Source: Octopus sinensis (Eukaryota). Taken from it: a stretch of DNA of 64,000 bases. Numbering within the stretch: the stretch's first letter is position 1; every line of letters starts with the position of its first letter. The notes beneath the pieces were generated by a model. That model was not told where the DNA came from. It saw nothing but the letters and a program-made list of their open reading frames with translations, and did not search any database. The DNA is taken from NCBI RefSeq assembly GCF_006345805.1, contig NW_021833073.1, positions 20,356-84,355 on the forward strand. The letters are read 5' to 3'. The position numbers and the translations under genes are program-made. Shown one piece after another: positions 26,700 through 39,570 of this stretch.

Positions 26700-27804
26700 T
26701 TGGAATATATCCATTGTCCTGTCAGATTCAGGTGGATTGATTGGTTCTGGGTAAACCTGCGACCCCTTTCGGGTGAACCAAAGTTCGTTCTAAACACCCC
26801 TTAAAGAAGGAAGAATCTAGTGACAGTGAAGAAGAGGAAGAAGAAAGTAGTGAGGAAGACAGATTAAGGAATCTGAGAGAGCTGTCGTGAGAGAGTGACA
26901 GCGACAGCGTCGATAAAGACAGGCAGATAGGGCCAAGCGGCGATAGAGAGAATATTAGCAGTGCTAGGGGAGATTGGGGGTGGTGAGAGAGCAATAGGTT
27001 TTGGCAGTCGGTATTTGGTCGTCAAGGCGAGCGGTTGGAATTAAGCAGTCGGCGGTTTTGAAGTATTGGGACAGAGAGACATATATACAGAGGAATAGGC
27101 GGCTGATAGAGAGGAACTACAATATGAGACGTTGGCTAATGTACGGTACGTGTTGTGAATTGTAACGTGAATTGTTGTATTGATATGTGAAGAAAAAGAA
27201 GGAAAGAGTTGTGGTATTTATGTTAAAGAAATGTATAAAGACATTATGTTAACGAAAGAACAGTGCTAGAGAAATGAGACAGTGAAAAGAATCGATGTAT
27301 TGAAATGTGTAAGGACATTGTGTACAGTGTTGTGATTTGAACATTGTATAATGAACATTGAACTGTTAGGCCTTTAATGTCCTTTGAACTGTATATGCCT
27401 TTAATGTGTTTTGAAACAGAACTGTGTCTCCGGACGTGTACTCTTGAAATGCTGTTGTTATTGAACTTGATGTGTTGTTACCGGACGGTTATATTGTATC
27501 TGCATGTTTAAATGCTTTGATCTGTGGTATACCTGTATGATGTATTGAGTTGTCACGTGCATGTCCTCTTTTAAATGTATCTGAAATGTAATTGATGTTG
27601 TAACAATTGATTGTCATAAACTAGTGTTAAATGTAAGCCAATTGCCTTGCCTCTTTGTGTCTCTCTCGGTTGCCTCTGTGCTGCTGCTGCTGTTGTTGTT
27701 GTATCTCTCTCTCCTCTCCGAGTTTCCGTGGCAAAAATATTCGCTGCATCGAACGGGCCTGTGTGAGGGATTCCGTAACAGTTTTCGGAGGTCCCCTCGT
27801 AACA
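26700..27804 (+). repeat. Unclassified repeat-like block, possibly an LTR fragment ending ...CGTAACA
   Basis: Ends in a duplicated cgtaaca, like a TG...CA LTR terminus; no matching 5' end or TSD found. Confidence 0.25.
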
Positions 27805-28299
27805 ATATAATACCTGTACATCATCTCCAAACCTTCCAATATACATACATATATATACATAACTAAACATATATGTATATATACATGCGTATACATGCAC
27901 AGGCCATCAAAAAAACGTTGAACACAATGAGAAACGAAAACATAAAAACTAAACATAGAAACAAACTTTTTTAACAACAAAAAAAACCAGAGAAACGAGA
28001 CACACAAGACAGAACAATGCGAATAAAGCAGTAAAAACAAACGTTAAGCCAAGAGGATGGAAAAATTATGCTGAACGCTTGAAGAGACGGGCTTATGAAG
28101 AGACAGGAAAAGAATAGGGAAGGGTGGGAGCGAAAACCAGAGAGGATGAAGAACAAGAGAGAGAGAGAGAGATAGACAAAGAAGCGATAGAGAGGATGAA
28201 GAACAAGAGAAAGAGAGAGAGATAGACAAATAAGAGATAGTAAAGAAGAAGAGTGCGCATCGTAATTACTAAGATAAATATCACTTGGAAAAGTATGCG

Positions 28300-28345
<46 letters not shown>

Positions 28346-28662
28346 CCCTAATTCCCTTCTGCATTTCTTGCCTCTTCCTCTTGTTTTCAAGAGCTACAAA
28401 CATCTCTAATTGATTGAAGATCTGCTTAACAACATACCCAACTACCAACGGCATCTCCTTTCACAATACTGAGTTATCTCACCCCTTCCCACCTTCCTAT
28501 ACTCACTCCTTTTACATCTCTTCGCTCGACCGACAACAAACTCGAAGGATGTGTCAATATTTCAGATGATGGGTCGTGTTAGACACAGCCCCGACTGCTG
28601 CAAAAGAGAGTATATCCACTGACAGCTTCTCGGTGCGTTCAAAAATCACTAGTATATTCTAT

Positions 28663-29200
28663 TACTCTTTTACTCTTTTACTTATTTCAGTCATTTGACT
28701 GCGGCCATGCTGGAGCACCGCCTGTAATCGAGCAACTCGACCCCGGGACTTATTCTTTTGTAAGCCCAGTACTTTTTCTATCGGTGTCTTTTGCCGAACC
28801 GCTAAGTAACGGGGACATAAACACACCAGCATCAGTTGTCAAGCAATGCAAGGGGGACAAACACAGACAAACAAACGCACACACACATATATATATATAC
28901 ATATATACGACGGGCTTCTTTCAGTTTCCGTCTACCAAATCCACTCACAAGGTTTTGGTCGGCCCGAGGCTATAGTAGAAGACACTTGCCCAAGGTACCA
29001 AGCAGTGGGACCGAACCCGGAACCATTTGGTTGGTAAACAAGCTACTTACCACACCGCCTTTAGTCGAATATTTTGACCCCAAAGAATAATTCTTTGTAA
29101 GCTTAGTACTTATTCTATCGATCTATTTTCCGAACCGCTAAGATGCGGGGACGTTAACACGCCAACATCGGTTGTCCAGCGAGGGTGAGAGGTCAAACAG
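28663..29200 (-). mobile_element. SINE family 1 plus a partial second copy
   Basis: Matches 37621-38022 and 62717-63126. Confidence 0.88.
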
Positions 29201-29252
29201 ACGTACAAGCATACAAATATACATACATACATACATAGATACATACACACAC

Positions 29253-29312
<60 letters not shown>

Positions 29313-29357
29313 GTCTATCTATCTATCTATCTATCTATCTCTCTATCTATCTATCTA

Positions 29358-29437
<80 letters not shown>

Positions 29438-29587
29438 AAAAGCAATAAAGATTCAAGTTAATTTAAATGAATTTACTTGAATATGGTACCTAACTTAGAT
29501 GCACCAAAAAAAAAACTATACTGTTTTAACAATACAGTAATGTGGGGTGATTATAAGCGAGAAAGAAGCAACAAGAATGGATAGGTT

Positions 29588-29677
29588 TTTAGTACAATCG
29601 TTTCATACAAGGACAGGCTTTATTAAAAGTTGCAAAAATTACAGCATATAAACGTGTCCCGTACTCATCAGCTAAAA
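29588..29677 (-). ncRNA. Minimal type-I hammerhead ribozyme, intact core, 60-nt stem II
   Basis: Minus strand: ttttag-CTGATGA-gtacgggaca...tgtccttgtat-GAAAC-gatt-GTA-ctaaaa. Confidence 0.8.
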
Positions 29678-32600
29678 TACATGTGAGTTCTCTAGACATC
29701 CTAGTGGTTGAGGCTATACTCATGAAGTAATGTAGATAATTAAGTAACAGATTTCCAAAGTTCATTAAAGTTCTTTAAAGATGATGTACAGTCTTATCAC
29801 AGAATTTTAAAAATTACTATCCCTAGTAATAATAAATCTGTTATAGAAAGGATTAGAAAGAAAATTAATAAGTTCTTTAAGGATTTCAACCTCAGTATAA
29901 CGTATGAACCGGGCACTAAAATAGTTAACTTCCTAGATATTACGCTAGACCTTAACTCCAAGCTGCATTACCCATTTAGAAAGGAAGGGAAATCACGAAT
30001 TACGTAAATAAATTATCAAATCATCCCCCAAATATAATTGAATCTTTAGTAAGAAATATTTCATTAAGAATTTCAAAATTATCATCCAATAAGGATATAT
30101 TTAACTCCCATTCTGAGCATTATAATGCGGCGTTAACTAAGGCTGGATACAACCAAAAGATTACATTCGTTGATAAGGAGAACTCACGTATTCCTAATGA
30201 AGAAGTTATCAGTAATCACGTAAGCAGCAATACAGACCAAGCCCGAAATAAAAGTAGAATTAAATTAACGGTAAACGCTAATCTAACGTACAGGCCCAAC
30301 AATTCAAATAGAAGCATTGACCAGAACATAGGTAACTCGGATAATATCGAAGTAGATAAACCTAAGATGCACACAAATAAAAAAAAAATAATGATAATAA
30401 ATACAATAACTCCGGTGAGATGAATAGTAATAATTCTACGAACCCTAAATTTATAAAAAAAGATATATTATGGCTGAATATTCCTTTCAACTGTGCGATA
30501 CAATCGGATATACAGAACAAATTCAAAGTAATTCTGGAAAAAAATTTCCCTATCTCTCATAGATATCATAGAATTATTTCTAGGAAAACAGTTAGGATTT
30601 CTTATTCAACCCTCCCAAATATGTCCACTTTAATAGCTAAGATTAATAATAACAACATTAAACTAGCCAGGAAAGATAGAAATAAAAATAATAATATCAG
30701 CATGAATACCAATAGCAATTATAATAATACTACCAAAACAATAAAAACAGCAATAGTAACTATCAAAACATAGGTGAAATTAGTAACCACAGAATGACTA
30801 ATAACATTAACATTAATAGTAATAATAACAATGCCGATATTAATAGAAGTAATAATGTTAATAATAGAAATAATAGAAATAAGGCTAATGGAGAAAATAA
30901 GGAGAATGAAAATATCAGTGATATCTATAACAACAATATGCAGTCGGATAAAAAGACTAACAATAATAGTAACATTACCAATAATATAAGAAATCATGGT
31001 AGGACTTTAGACCTAAATGATGAAACAGAAGGATCAATAAATAATAGCAATACTTTAGATATCAGCACCAACTATAGAAATATTAATAGCAATAAGGACA
31101 ATTATACTCATGATAATCAAAATAATAGGAACCTAAGACATCTACCTAAGAATAATCCAAAACCTGAAGTTGTTCCTCCTGTGTGTAAGTGTAGAATAAA
31201 ATCAAAATGCCCGGCACCTGGTCTATGCGGGGAAAATAATGTAATCTATAAATGTACCATATCCACGGAGAATAACAAATATTTTTACATTGGATGTACA
31301 ATTAATTTTCTAGCCAGAGTTAGAAATCACATCTCGTCTTTTAAATTACGTCATAAAGCTGGTACCACCACACTTTCAAACAAAATCTGGGAACTCAAAA
31401 ATAATAATAATTATTATAACCTTAATTGGGAAATAGTTAGGAGAGCAATTCCGTATAAAAATAGTAGGGTTGGTTGCCAACTATGCTCCATGGAGACGTA
31501 TGAAATTCTAAAGCATAGAAAACATAGAAACTTATTGAATAACCATATCGAACTAGGTCAAGTTTGTGTCCACGCTAAATTGAAGACTTTAAAATATATT
31601 TAAATGATTAGAATATTCGTAACTAGATAGATAGATAGATATAACTTGATTTTTACTAGTATAGCACTGCTTTAAGTAGATAACTAAGAGTTCTCACACT
31701 ACAGTTATCTTTTTCCTTATATCTGCATCAGTTTTTTGAGAACAGGGAAATGAATAGTACTTATACGCTGCTTAATTGAGGCTTTATTTAATTTCAAACT
31801 CATAATTTTAATCTTAATTTTAAATCTTAATTGTAATTTTTAATTTTAATTCTTAACTTAATCTAATTTAAGTAGCATAACTTTAATAAAGTAAAATGAG
31901 TTACTAAAGCCCCATAATTCTATTTCAAAATTAAATAAATAAGGCTACTCCTCGGTGATAATATGATTTCTTCATTATGATAGACAATTCCCTAACACCT
32001 TGTAAATGATCTTCTAAGATTTGACCTGTAGTCCGTCAATGTATGAATAATAACGGCAACTCCTTAAGACAATAAAATGAATAAATTAAATAAATAAATT
32101 TTAATGACTTTTTGATAAGATTATACTTAGATTTTCCTAATGTATTTCTTTTGATTTTAGCCTCTGACCCCTAAACCCCTGACCGTGTTATCTCTTTAGA
32201 TTCTCTTTAAATTCATAGCTGATTTCAACAGCAATAAATTAGCTGTTTTACTGGTCAAAGAATAATATTCTCCTCTAGTTCCTAGATGCCTGTAAATTAA
32301 AACCAGACTTGCCGTCTACTAATTCTTCTGTATAACTAGAACCCTCTTTTTTTCTTTTTTTTTTTTCCCTTCTTTCCTATTTCTTTCTCTTTTCTCTTTT
32401 TTCTTTTCTTCTTCTTATTCTCTTTTTTCTTTTTCTCTTCTCTTTTAGTCCCCCTCCCCCTTTTTGCTCCCTCCTCCTTTATTTCTCTCTTTTCTTCTCT
32501 TCCCTTCCCTTTTCTGTTCTTTGCCTCTCTAGAAAGCCCTTCAGCCTTTAAAAGTTAAATAGCTACAGCCTCTTGTAAATAGCAGTAATGTGATTAATGT

Positions 32601-33053
32601 GGCAAATACCTAATCATATAACAAGAATTGATACCTACCTCATTGTGTTCAACCATTGATAAATTTATCGCCTGTGAATATGAAATTCCTCTTCATTTCT
32701 CTGGAAATTTACATCTACACCATTGGAAATTGTGCATCTATACAAAGGATTAATTCACCCTCTCTGTAATGCTAATAAGCAGGAATTGAGACCCACCTCG
32801 TTGTGATTAACAATGGATAAATTTGTCGTCTGTGAGTATGTAATCCCTCCTCATATCTCTGAAATTCATATGTGCACTATGGATTAGGTCACCTTCTCTG
32901 TGATGCTATTAAAACTTTTTTTAAAATTCTGTGATAAGACTGTACATCATCTTTAAAGAACTTTAATGAACTTTGGAAATCTGTTACTTAATTATCTACA
33001 TTACTTCATGAGTATAGCCTCAACCACTAGGATGTCTAGAGAACTCACATGTA

Positions 33054-33143
33054 TTTTAGCTGATGAGTACGGGACACGTTTATATGCTGTAATTTTTGCA
33101 ACTTTTAATAAAGCCTGTCCTTGTATGAACGATTGTACTAAAA
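33054..33143 (+). ncRNA. Sense copy of the same hammerhead with one core A lost (GAAC)
   Basis: ttttagCTGATGA...tgtatGAACgattGTActaaaa. Confidence 0.7.
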
Positions 33144-33238
33144 CCTATCCATTCTTGTTGCTTCTTTCTCGCGTATATATATATATATATATATCTTTAT
33201 ATATATATCAATAGAAAAAACAGGATGCAAAGGATTTT

Positions 33239-33325
33239 GCGGTACATATGTTTCTAGCATTATTGAGCAATTTATATCAATGCATAATTGATATAACATG
33301 TAGGTCAACAGCCTTCTTCAGCCGC
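33239..33325 (-). ncRNA. Minimal hammerhead ribozyme, palindromic stem III, 60-nt stem II
   Basis: Minus strand: gcgg-CTGAAGA-aggctgttga...tcaataatgcta-GAAAC-atat-GTA-ccgc. Confidence 0.75.
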
Positions 33326-33625
33326 GTACAATTACCACACCAAAGACATGTATTACATTATAGCAGGTTTGAGAAGAAGTTTGGGAAAAAACGAGTTACA
33401 TTGGGAAAGTAAATCCTCATAGTCGTATGTGGCATAGCGAGACACGAAAACAAAACGTCCATACCGTTTTTTTCACTCGATTAGGAATGAGGTGGGTTGG
33501 ATGTTGAGAGAAAGGGGAGGAGGTGGAGAGGGTACCTCTTTAATGAAGTTGGGATCACAAAGAGGAAAAAGTAATGTATATAAATATTATTATACAGTAA
33601 TAATAGTAAGTACAAAATGTATGTA

Positions 33626-33683
<58 letters not shown>

Positions 33684-33943
33684 CACACATAAATATATAC
33701 GACGGCCTTCTTTCAGTTTCCGTCTACCAAATCCACTCACAAGGCTTTGGTCAGCCTGAGGCTATGCAGAAGACAGCTGTCCAAGGTGCCACGCAGTGAG
33801 ACTGAACCTGGAGCCATGTGGACGGTCAGCAAGCTACTTACAATACAGTCACTCCTGCGTCTATGTATTGCATTTATATACATCAAGCCTAATAGTTTTT
33901 ATCTGTTTCACTATCTCCCTTTCTCTCTCTCTCTGTCTCTCTC

Positions 33944-34010
<67 letters not shown>

Positions 34011-34131
34011 ATATATATATTATATATACATATAGAAATAAATGAAAAAGATGAATATACAAACGACGTGGTCTTTTGCTTATATATATTTTTCATTTAT
34101 TATGGAATTGAAGAACGCAACACATCGAATT

Positions 34132-34165
<34 letters not shown>

Positions 34166-34500
34166 ATATATATTATATATATATATATATATATATGGTG
34201 GGATTGTGTTAACCTCACGTGGAGAAATGATAGGAATGGAAAAAATAATAATAATAAGGCAGAATACTAAGCTGAAAGCAATTTTAATATAAATGAGTGT
34301 AAGAAAAATTAAAAAAGGAGATCAAACCCTCTTTCATAACAAGGCAAATTTTCAAGATTTGGAATGGGAAAAAATTTTTCTAATGAGGAAGGGGAAAAAA
34401 ATACCTATCCATTCTTGTTGCTTCTTTCTCGCGTATATATATATATATATATATATCTTTATATATATATCAATAGAAAAAACAGGATGCAAAGGATTTT

Positions 34501-34587
34501 GCGGTACATATGTTTCTAGCATTATTGAGCAATTTATATCAATGCATAATTGATATAACATGTAGGTCAACAGCCTTCTTCAGCCGC
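34501..34587 (-). ncRNA. Identical second copy of the 33239-33325 hammerhead
   Basis: Same sequence in duplication unit 2. Confidence 0.75.
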
Positions 34588-34887
34588 GTACAATTACCAC
34601 ACCAAAGACATGTATTACATTATAGCAGGTTTGAGAAGAAGTTTGGGAAAAAACGAGTTACATTGGGAAAGTAAATCCTCATAGTCGTATGTGGCATAGC
34701 GAGACACGAAAACAAAACGTCCATACCGTTTTTTTCACTCGATTAGGAATGAGGTGGGTTGGATGTTGAGAGAAAGGGGGAGGAGGTGGAGAGGGTACCT
34801 CTTTAATGAAGTTGGGATCACAAAGAGGAAAAAGTATATGTATAAATTTAAATATGATTATACAGTAATAATAGTAAGTACAAAATG

Positions 34888-34931
<44 letters not shown>

Positions 34932-35191
34932 AATATATACGACGGCCTTCTTTCAGTTTCCGTCTACCAAATCCACTCAACAAGGCTTTGGTCAGCCTGA
35001 GGCTATTGCAGAAGACAGCTGTCCAAGGTGCCACGCAGTGAGACTGAACCTGGAGCCATGTGGACGGTCAGCAAGCTACTTACAATACAGTCACTCCTGC
35101 GTCTATGTATTGCATTATATACATCAAGCCTAATAGTTTTTATCTGCTTCACTATCTCCCTTTCTCTCTCTCTCTGTCTCTCTCTCTCTCT

Positions 35192-35271
<80 letters not shown>

Positions 35272-35366
35272 GAAAATAAATGAAAAAGATGAATATACAA
35301 ACGACGTGGTCTTTTGCTTATATATATTTTTCATTTATTATGGAATTGAAGAACGCAACACATCGA

Positions 35367-35429
<63 letters not shown>

Positions 35430-35435
<6 letters not shown>

Positions 35436-36665
35436 TGGGATTGTGTTAACCTCACGTGGAGAAATGATAGGAATGGAAAAAATAATAATAATAAGGCAGA
35501 ATACTAAGCTGAAAGCAAATTTTAATATAAATGAGTGTAAGAAAAATTAAAAAAGGAGATCAAACCCTCTTTCATAACAAGGCAAATTTTCAAGATTGGA
35601 ATGGAAAAAATTTTTCTAATGAGGAAGGGGAAAAAAATTTACAAAAATTAATGAATAAGGATACCAATACATTCTAGTGTCTTCATGCTTTTAAAGTTCG
35701 ATATTATTCCATGGAAAAACGTCTTTGGGGTATTAGGATGCATGTGTTTTAGTGTAGTGTTTCCTTTGAGGAGGTTGGATGTTTATGCGTCAAAACAGGA
35801 AATGAGGTAGGAGTTATCCAGTTCCTGTGAAAAAGGAGAGACAATTCTGTGGATTTTATACTCTTTAATTGGAATACTGGATTGTTTGTCAAACAGGATG
35901 CTAGAAAACGGAGTTTGGAATTTTTCAATAAAAAGATTCTCCTTGTTGATACTTACTTTTGTAGTGCTTCTGTCCTTACATTCATAGAAAGGGAATATAC
36001 GAAATTTGGGATTTTTATTTCTAGCGCAAGTGTCTATGTGACTACTGAGTGGAATTTGACGGTATTGTGGGAGATATATCGTTTCTTTATGGACTGCTAC
36101 TCTTCTGCATAGAGGAAGGCTCGTCTGTCCGATATAATTGTGTTGGCAACCTGCGCATGTAAGGACGTAAATGAGGCTCCCGGAGGTCTTGATTTTAAAC
36201 TTTGTTCCTTGCTTGAAAGTAAATTCAGAACCTTCAAGTAGGAAGGGGTAGGTACCACATTTAGGGTGTGCACATTTTTGAACTGATGGGGGTGGATGTG
36301 GTGTATGAAGTTTGGCATTTGTTAGGAATTTTTTTCAATGATTTATGTTGCCTTCCGCATTTAAGGATTTTATGTGTATTGATAAAAATATTCATTTTCG
36401 GTCCATGGACAGTATAATGAGGTGTTTTATGATTGTGCTGTATGCTTCGATGTTTTTGGGGTTGTGGGTGGAAATGTATGGAAGTATTTTGAGGTTTGTT
36501 GTGTTACTGTGTTGGGTGGTTTTCAGTGTGTTATTGTCGATTTCCTTGGCACGTTTTATTCCAAAGTCTATCAGTGTAGAAGGATATTGGCTTTGTATAG
36601 TGTTTTTTTAAGGTCTTTAAGGCGTATTTCTCAAGTTGTTGGGTCCGGGTCAATGGAGCAAATCC
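35430..36665 (-). mobile_element. 5'-truncated Neptune-like Penelope element (RT C-terminus + GIY-YIG + 3' UTR)
   Basis: Minus-strand translations ICSIDPDPTT, LPYISTHNP, KCAHPKCGT and LIYVLTCAGCQHNYIGQT parallel the 24567-25234 protein. Confidence 0.85.
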
Positions 36666-36670
36666 ATATG

Positions 36671-36719
<49 letters not shown>

Positions 36720-36721
<2 letters not shown>

Positions 36722-37020
36722 AGGCGCAATGGCCTAGTGGTTAGAGCAGCGAACTCGCGGTCGCAGGATCGCGGTTTCGATTCCGGGCGTTGTGTGTGTT
36801 TATTAAGCGAAAAATACCTAAAAAGCTCCATGAGGCTCCGGCAGGGGGAGGGGGTGATCCCTGCTGTACTCTTTCACCACCTTTTCTCCCACTCTTTCTT
36901 CTGTTGGCCTACACGCTTAGCCACGGGGTGGCGTCATTCGAAGGCTAAAACAATGCGAACGCATTGTGACCAGCGATGTGTAACAACATCTGAGGTCTGG
37001 TCGGTCACGTGATCACGTGA
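36720..37020 (+). mobile_element. tRNA-derived SINE family 3
   Basis: A box tggcctagtgg, B box ggtttcgattcc. Confidence 0.8.
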
Positions 37021-37190
37021 TATATATATATATATATTACACGGCGAGCTTCTTTCAGTTACTTAGTCGATCAGAGGCTATAGCAGAAGACACCCAAGGT
37101 GCTATGCAGTGGGACTGAACTCGGAACCATGTGGTTGGGAAGGAAACTTCATACCACACAGCTACGTCTGTATTCATGTATGTGTGTGTA

Positions 37191-37233
<43 letters not shown>

Positions 37234-37537
37234 AAAGTACGTATAGGGAAAATTCAATCTTCAATTATAGAATTCACAATTGTCTTTCTCTTATATTAAC
37301 ATATTTAGATTTAGAAAATATCATCGAAATTAATATTTCCGAAAATACATGGTAACACAACGTTTACAAGGCGATCCAAAGTTAATTAAATTCAAAGTGA
37401 ACTGAGGAAATATTTCCAGTACATGAACGTCCTTTCTGTATGCGTTCCTGTAATGGAAATATATTCTTCTGCAAAAGTTGAAGACGCATACGTCGTCTTC
37501 GTCGAGAGAATCCATCACATGTACGTACGTGTATCTG

Positions 37538-37572
<35 letters not shown>

Positions 37573-37574
37573 GG

Positions 37575-37612
<38 letters not shown>

Positions 37613-37620
37613 TCTCTTTC

Positions 37621-38020
37621 TCTTTTACTCTTTTACTTGTTTCAGTCATTTGACTGCGGCCATGCTGGAGCACCGCCTTTAATCGAGCAACTCGACACCG
37701 GGACTTATTCTTTTGAAAAGCCCAGTACTTATTTGGTCTCTTTTGCCGAACCGCTAATGAACGGGGACATAAACACACCAGCATCGGTTGTCAAGCAATG
37801 CTAGGGGGACAAACATAGACACACAAACACACACACATACATATATATATACATATATACGACAGGCTTCTTTCAGTTTCTATCTACCAAATCGACTCAC
37901 AAGGCATTGGTCGGTCCGGGGCTATAAGAAGACACTTGCCCAAGATGCCATGCAGTGGGACTGAACCCGGAACCATGTGGTTGGTTAGCACACTACTTAC
38001 CACACAGCCACTCCTGCGCC

Positions 38021-38022
<2 letters not shown>
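37621..38022 (-). mobile_element. Full-length SINE family 1
   Basis: Head taggcgcaggagtggctgtgtgg...ggttcagtccc on the minus strand; (TAAAAGAG)n tail. Confidence 0.9.
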
Positions 38023-38051
<29 letters not shown>

Positions 38052-38061
38052 ATAAACATAT

Positions 38062-38095
<34 letters not shown>

Positions 38096-38103
38096 ATATA
38101 ATA

Positions 38104-38146
<43 letters not shown>

Positions 38147-38478
38147 TTAGAAACAAAAACACTATTAGGCAAATCAAACAATGAAAAACTTAAGCCAAGA
38201 CATAAAATTATTTAATTTATATTATTTAAATATATAACAGAAGAAGTTAGCAGGCATGAAACGATCGTAGTGTGATATTAATTATATTTTTTTATTAATT
38301 TTGTTATATATTGAAATAATAAAAATTAAATAAGTTTATGTATTGGCTTAAGTTTTCATTGTTTGATTTGCCTAATAGTGGTTTTGTCTCTAATTTAATA
38401 TAATATAATATTTTACTATAAAATTGGATTCAATCCTAAATCTGATTTTCCCTGTACGTTTGGATTATTCCCTAATAT

Positions 38479-38565
<87 letters not shown>

Positions 38566-38648
38566 TTAGAGACAAAACCACTATTTTGCAAAACAAACAA
38601 GAAAGACTTAATCAATACATAAAATTTTAATAAAAAGTAAAAAAACCG

Positions 38649-38693
38649 CCACTACACAATTGTTTCATGTCTTGAACGACAATCTTCAGGTGG
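38649..38693 (-). ncRNA. Third copy of the Naiad hammerhead in the inverted pLTR fragment (2-nt insertion near the cleavage site)
   Basis: Reverse complement ccacCTGAAGA...GAAACaattGTgtagtgg. Confidence 0.6.
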
Positions 38694-39297
38694 ATTTCCG
38701 ATCTAAAATATCAATATCAATATCGAACGTTCGATCACCAAGTGCAAAGAATTGTTTATTTTTCTTTTGAGTGTTTATGTATGTGTGAATGTGTGTGTGT
38801 GTGTGTGATTGTTTGCGTAATTTATTTATCTGTATAGATGTGGGTGTGAATATATTGGTGTATATATCGAGTTCTGTATGTTTGTATATGTATGTGTGAG
38901 CGGGTATACGTATATTGTTTATGAATGTGGGTTGTATGTGTGGTGAGGGAGTATGAATAAGTATTGTGTTGAAGTATTTGGCTATTTTATTTATTTATCG
39001 TTGCCTAGACGTTTTTTATGTGTATGTATAGGGATATATAGGTGTGTGAGTTAGTGTATGTATTTAGATATGGTTTATATACTTAGTTATATGTGTATGG
39101 GTGTATATATAGTTTATTTTTATTTTGTTTTATATTTAATTGTTGATAGGTTTATTTTAGTTTATATATTGATTATATATGGATTATATATAGGTTATAT
39201 ATAGATTATATATTTATATTTTTCATTGATACTTTAATTATTTTAAAATTATTTTTTATACTTATATTTTAAAATATTGATATTTTAGATCGGAAAT

Positions 39298-39339
39298 CCA
39301 CCTGAAGATTGTCGTTCAAGACATGAAACATTGTAGTGG
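39298..39339 (+). ncRNA. Minimal hammerhead motif in the 5' pLTR
   Basis: ccac-CTGAAGA-t-tgtc-gttcaa-gaca-t-GAAAC-att-GTA-gtgg. Confidence 0.7.
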
Positions 39340-39570
39340 CGGTTTTTTTACTTTTTATTAAAATTTTATGTATTGATTAAGTCTTCCTTGTTTGTTTTGC
39401 AAAATAGTGGTTTTGTCTCTAATTAATATTATATAATATTTTACTATAAAATTGGATTTAATTCTAAATCTGATCTTTTCCCTGTAAATTTGGATTTATT
39501 CCCTAATATTTATTATTATTTAATATTGATAATTTTGTATATTGAGTGTAATACCTCAATTTCGTAAATT

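Larger units (their letters stand above)
29557..33172 (+). mobile_element. 5'-truncated Naiad-like Penelope element with an inverted pLTR copy at the 5' junction
   Basis: RT C-terminal motifs (NFLDITLDL, SNHPPNI). Endonuclease CKCRIKSKCPAPGLC..VIYKC..YIGCT and C-terminal CQLC..E..LLN..C.H. 29557-29813 is the inverted copy of 32918-33172. Confidence 0.88.
33143..35638. repeat. ~1.25 kb tandem duplication (33143-34402, 34403-35638) of a PLE 3' region, each unit with a SINE fragment and a hammerhead
   Basis: Near-identical units offset by 1260 bp at the start. Confidence 0.95.
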
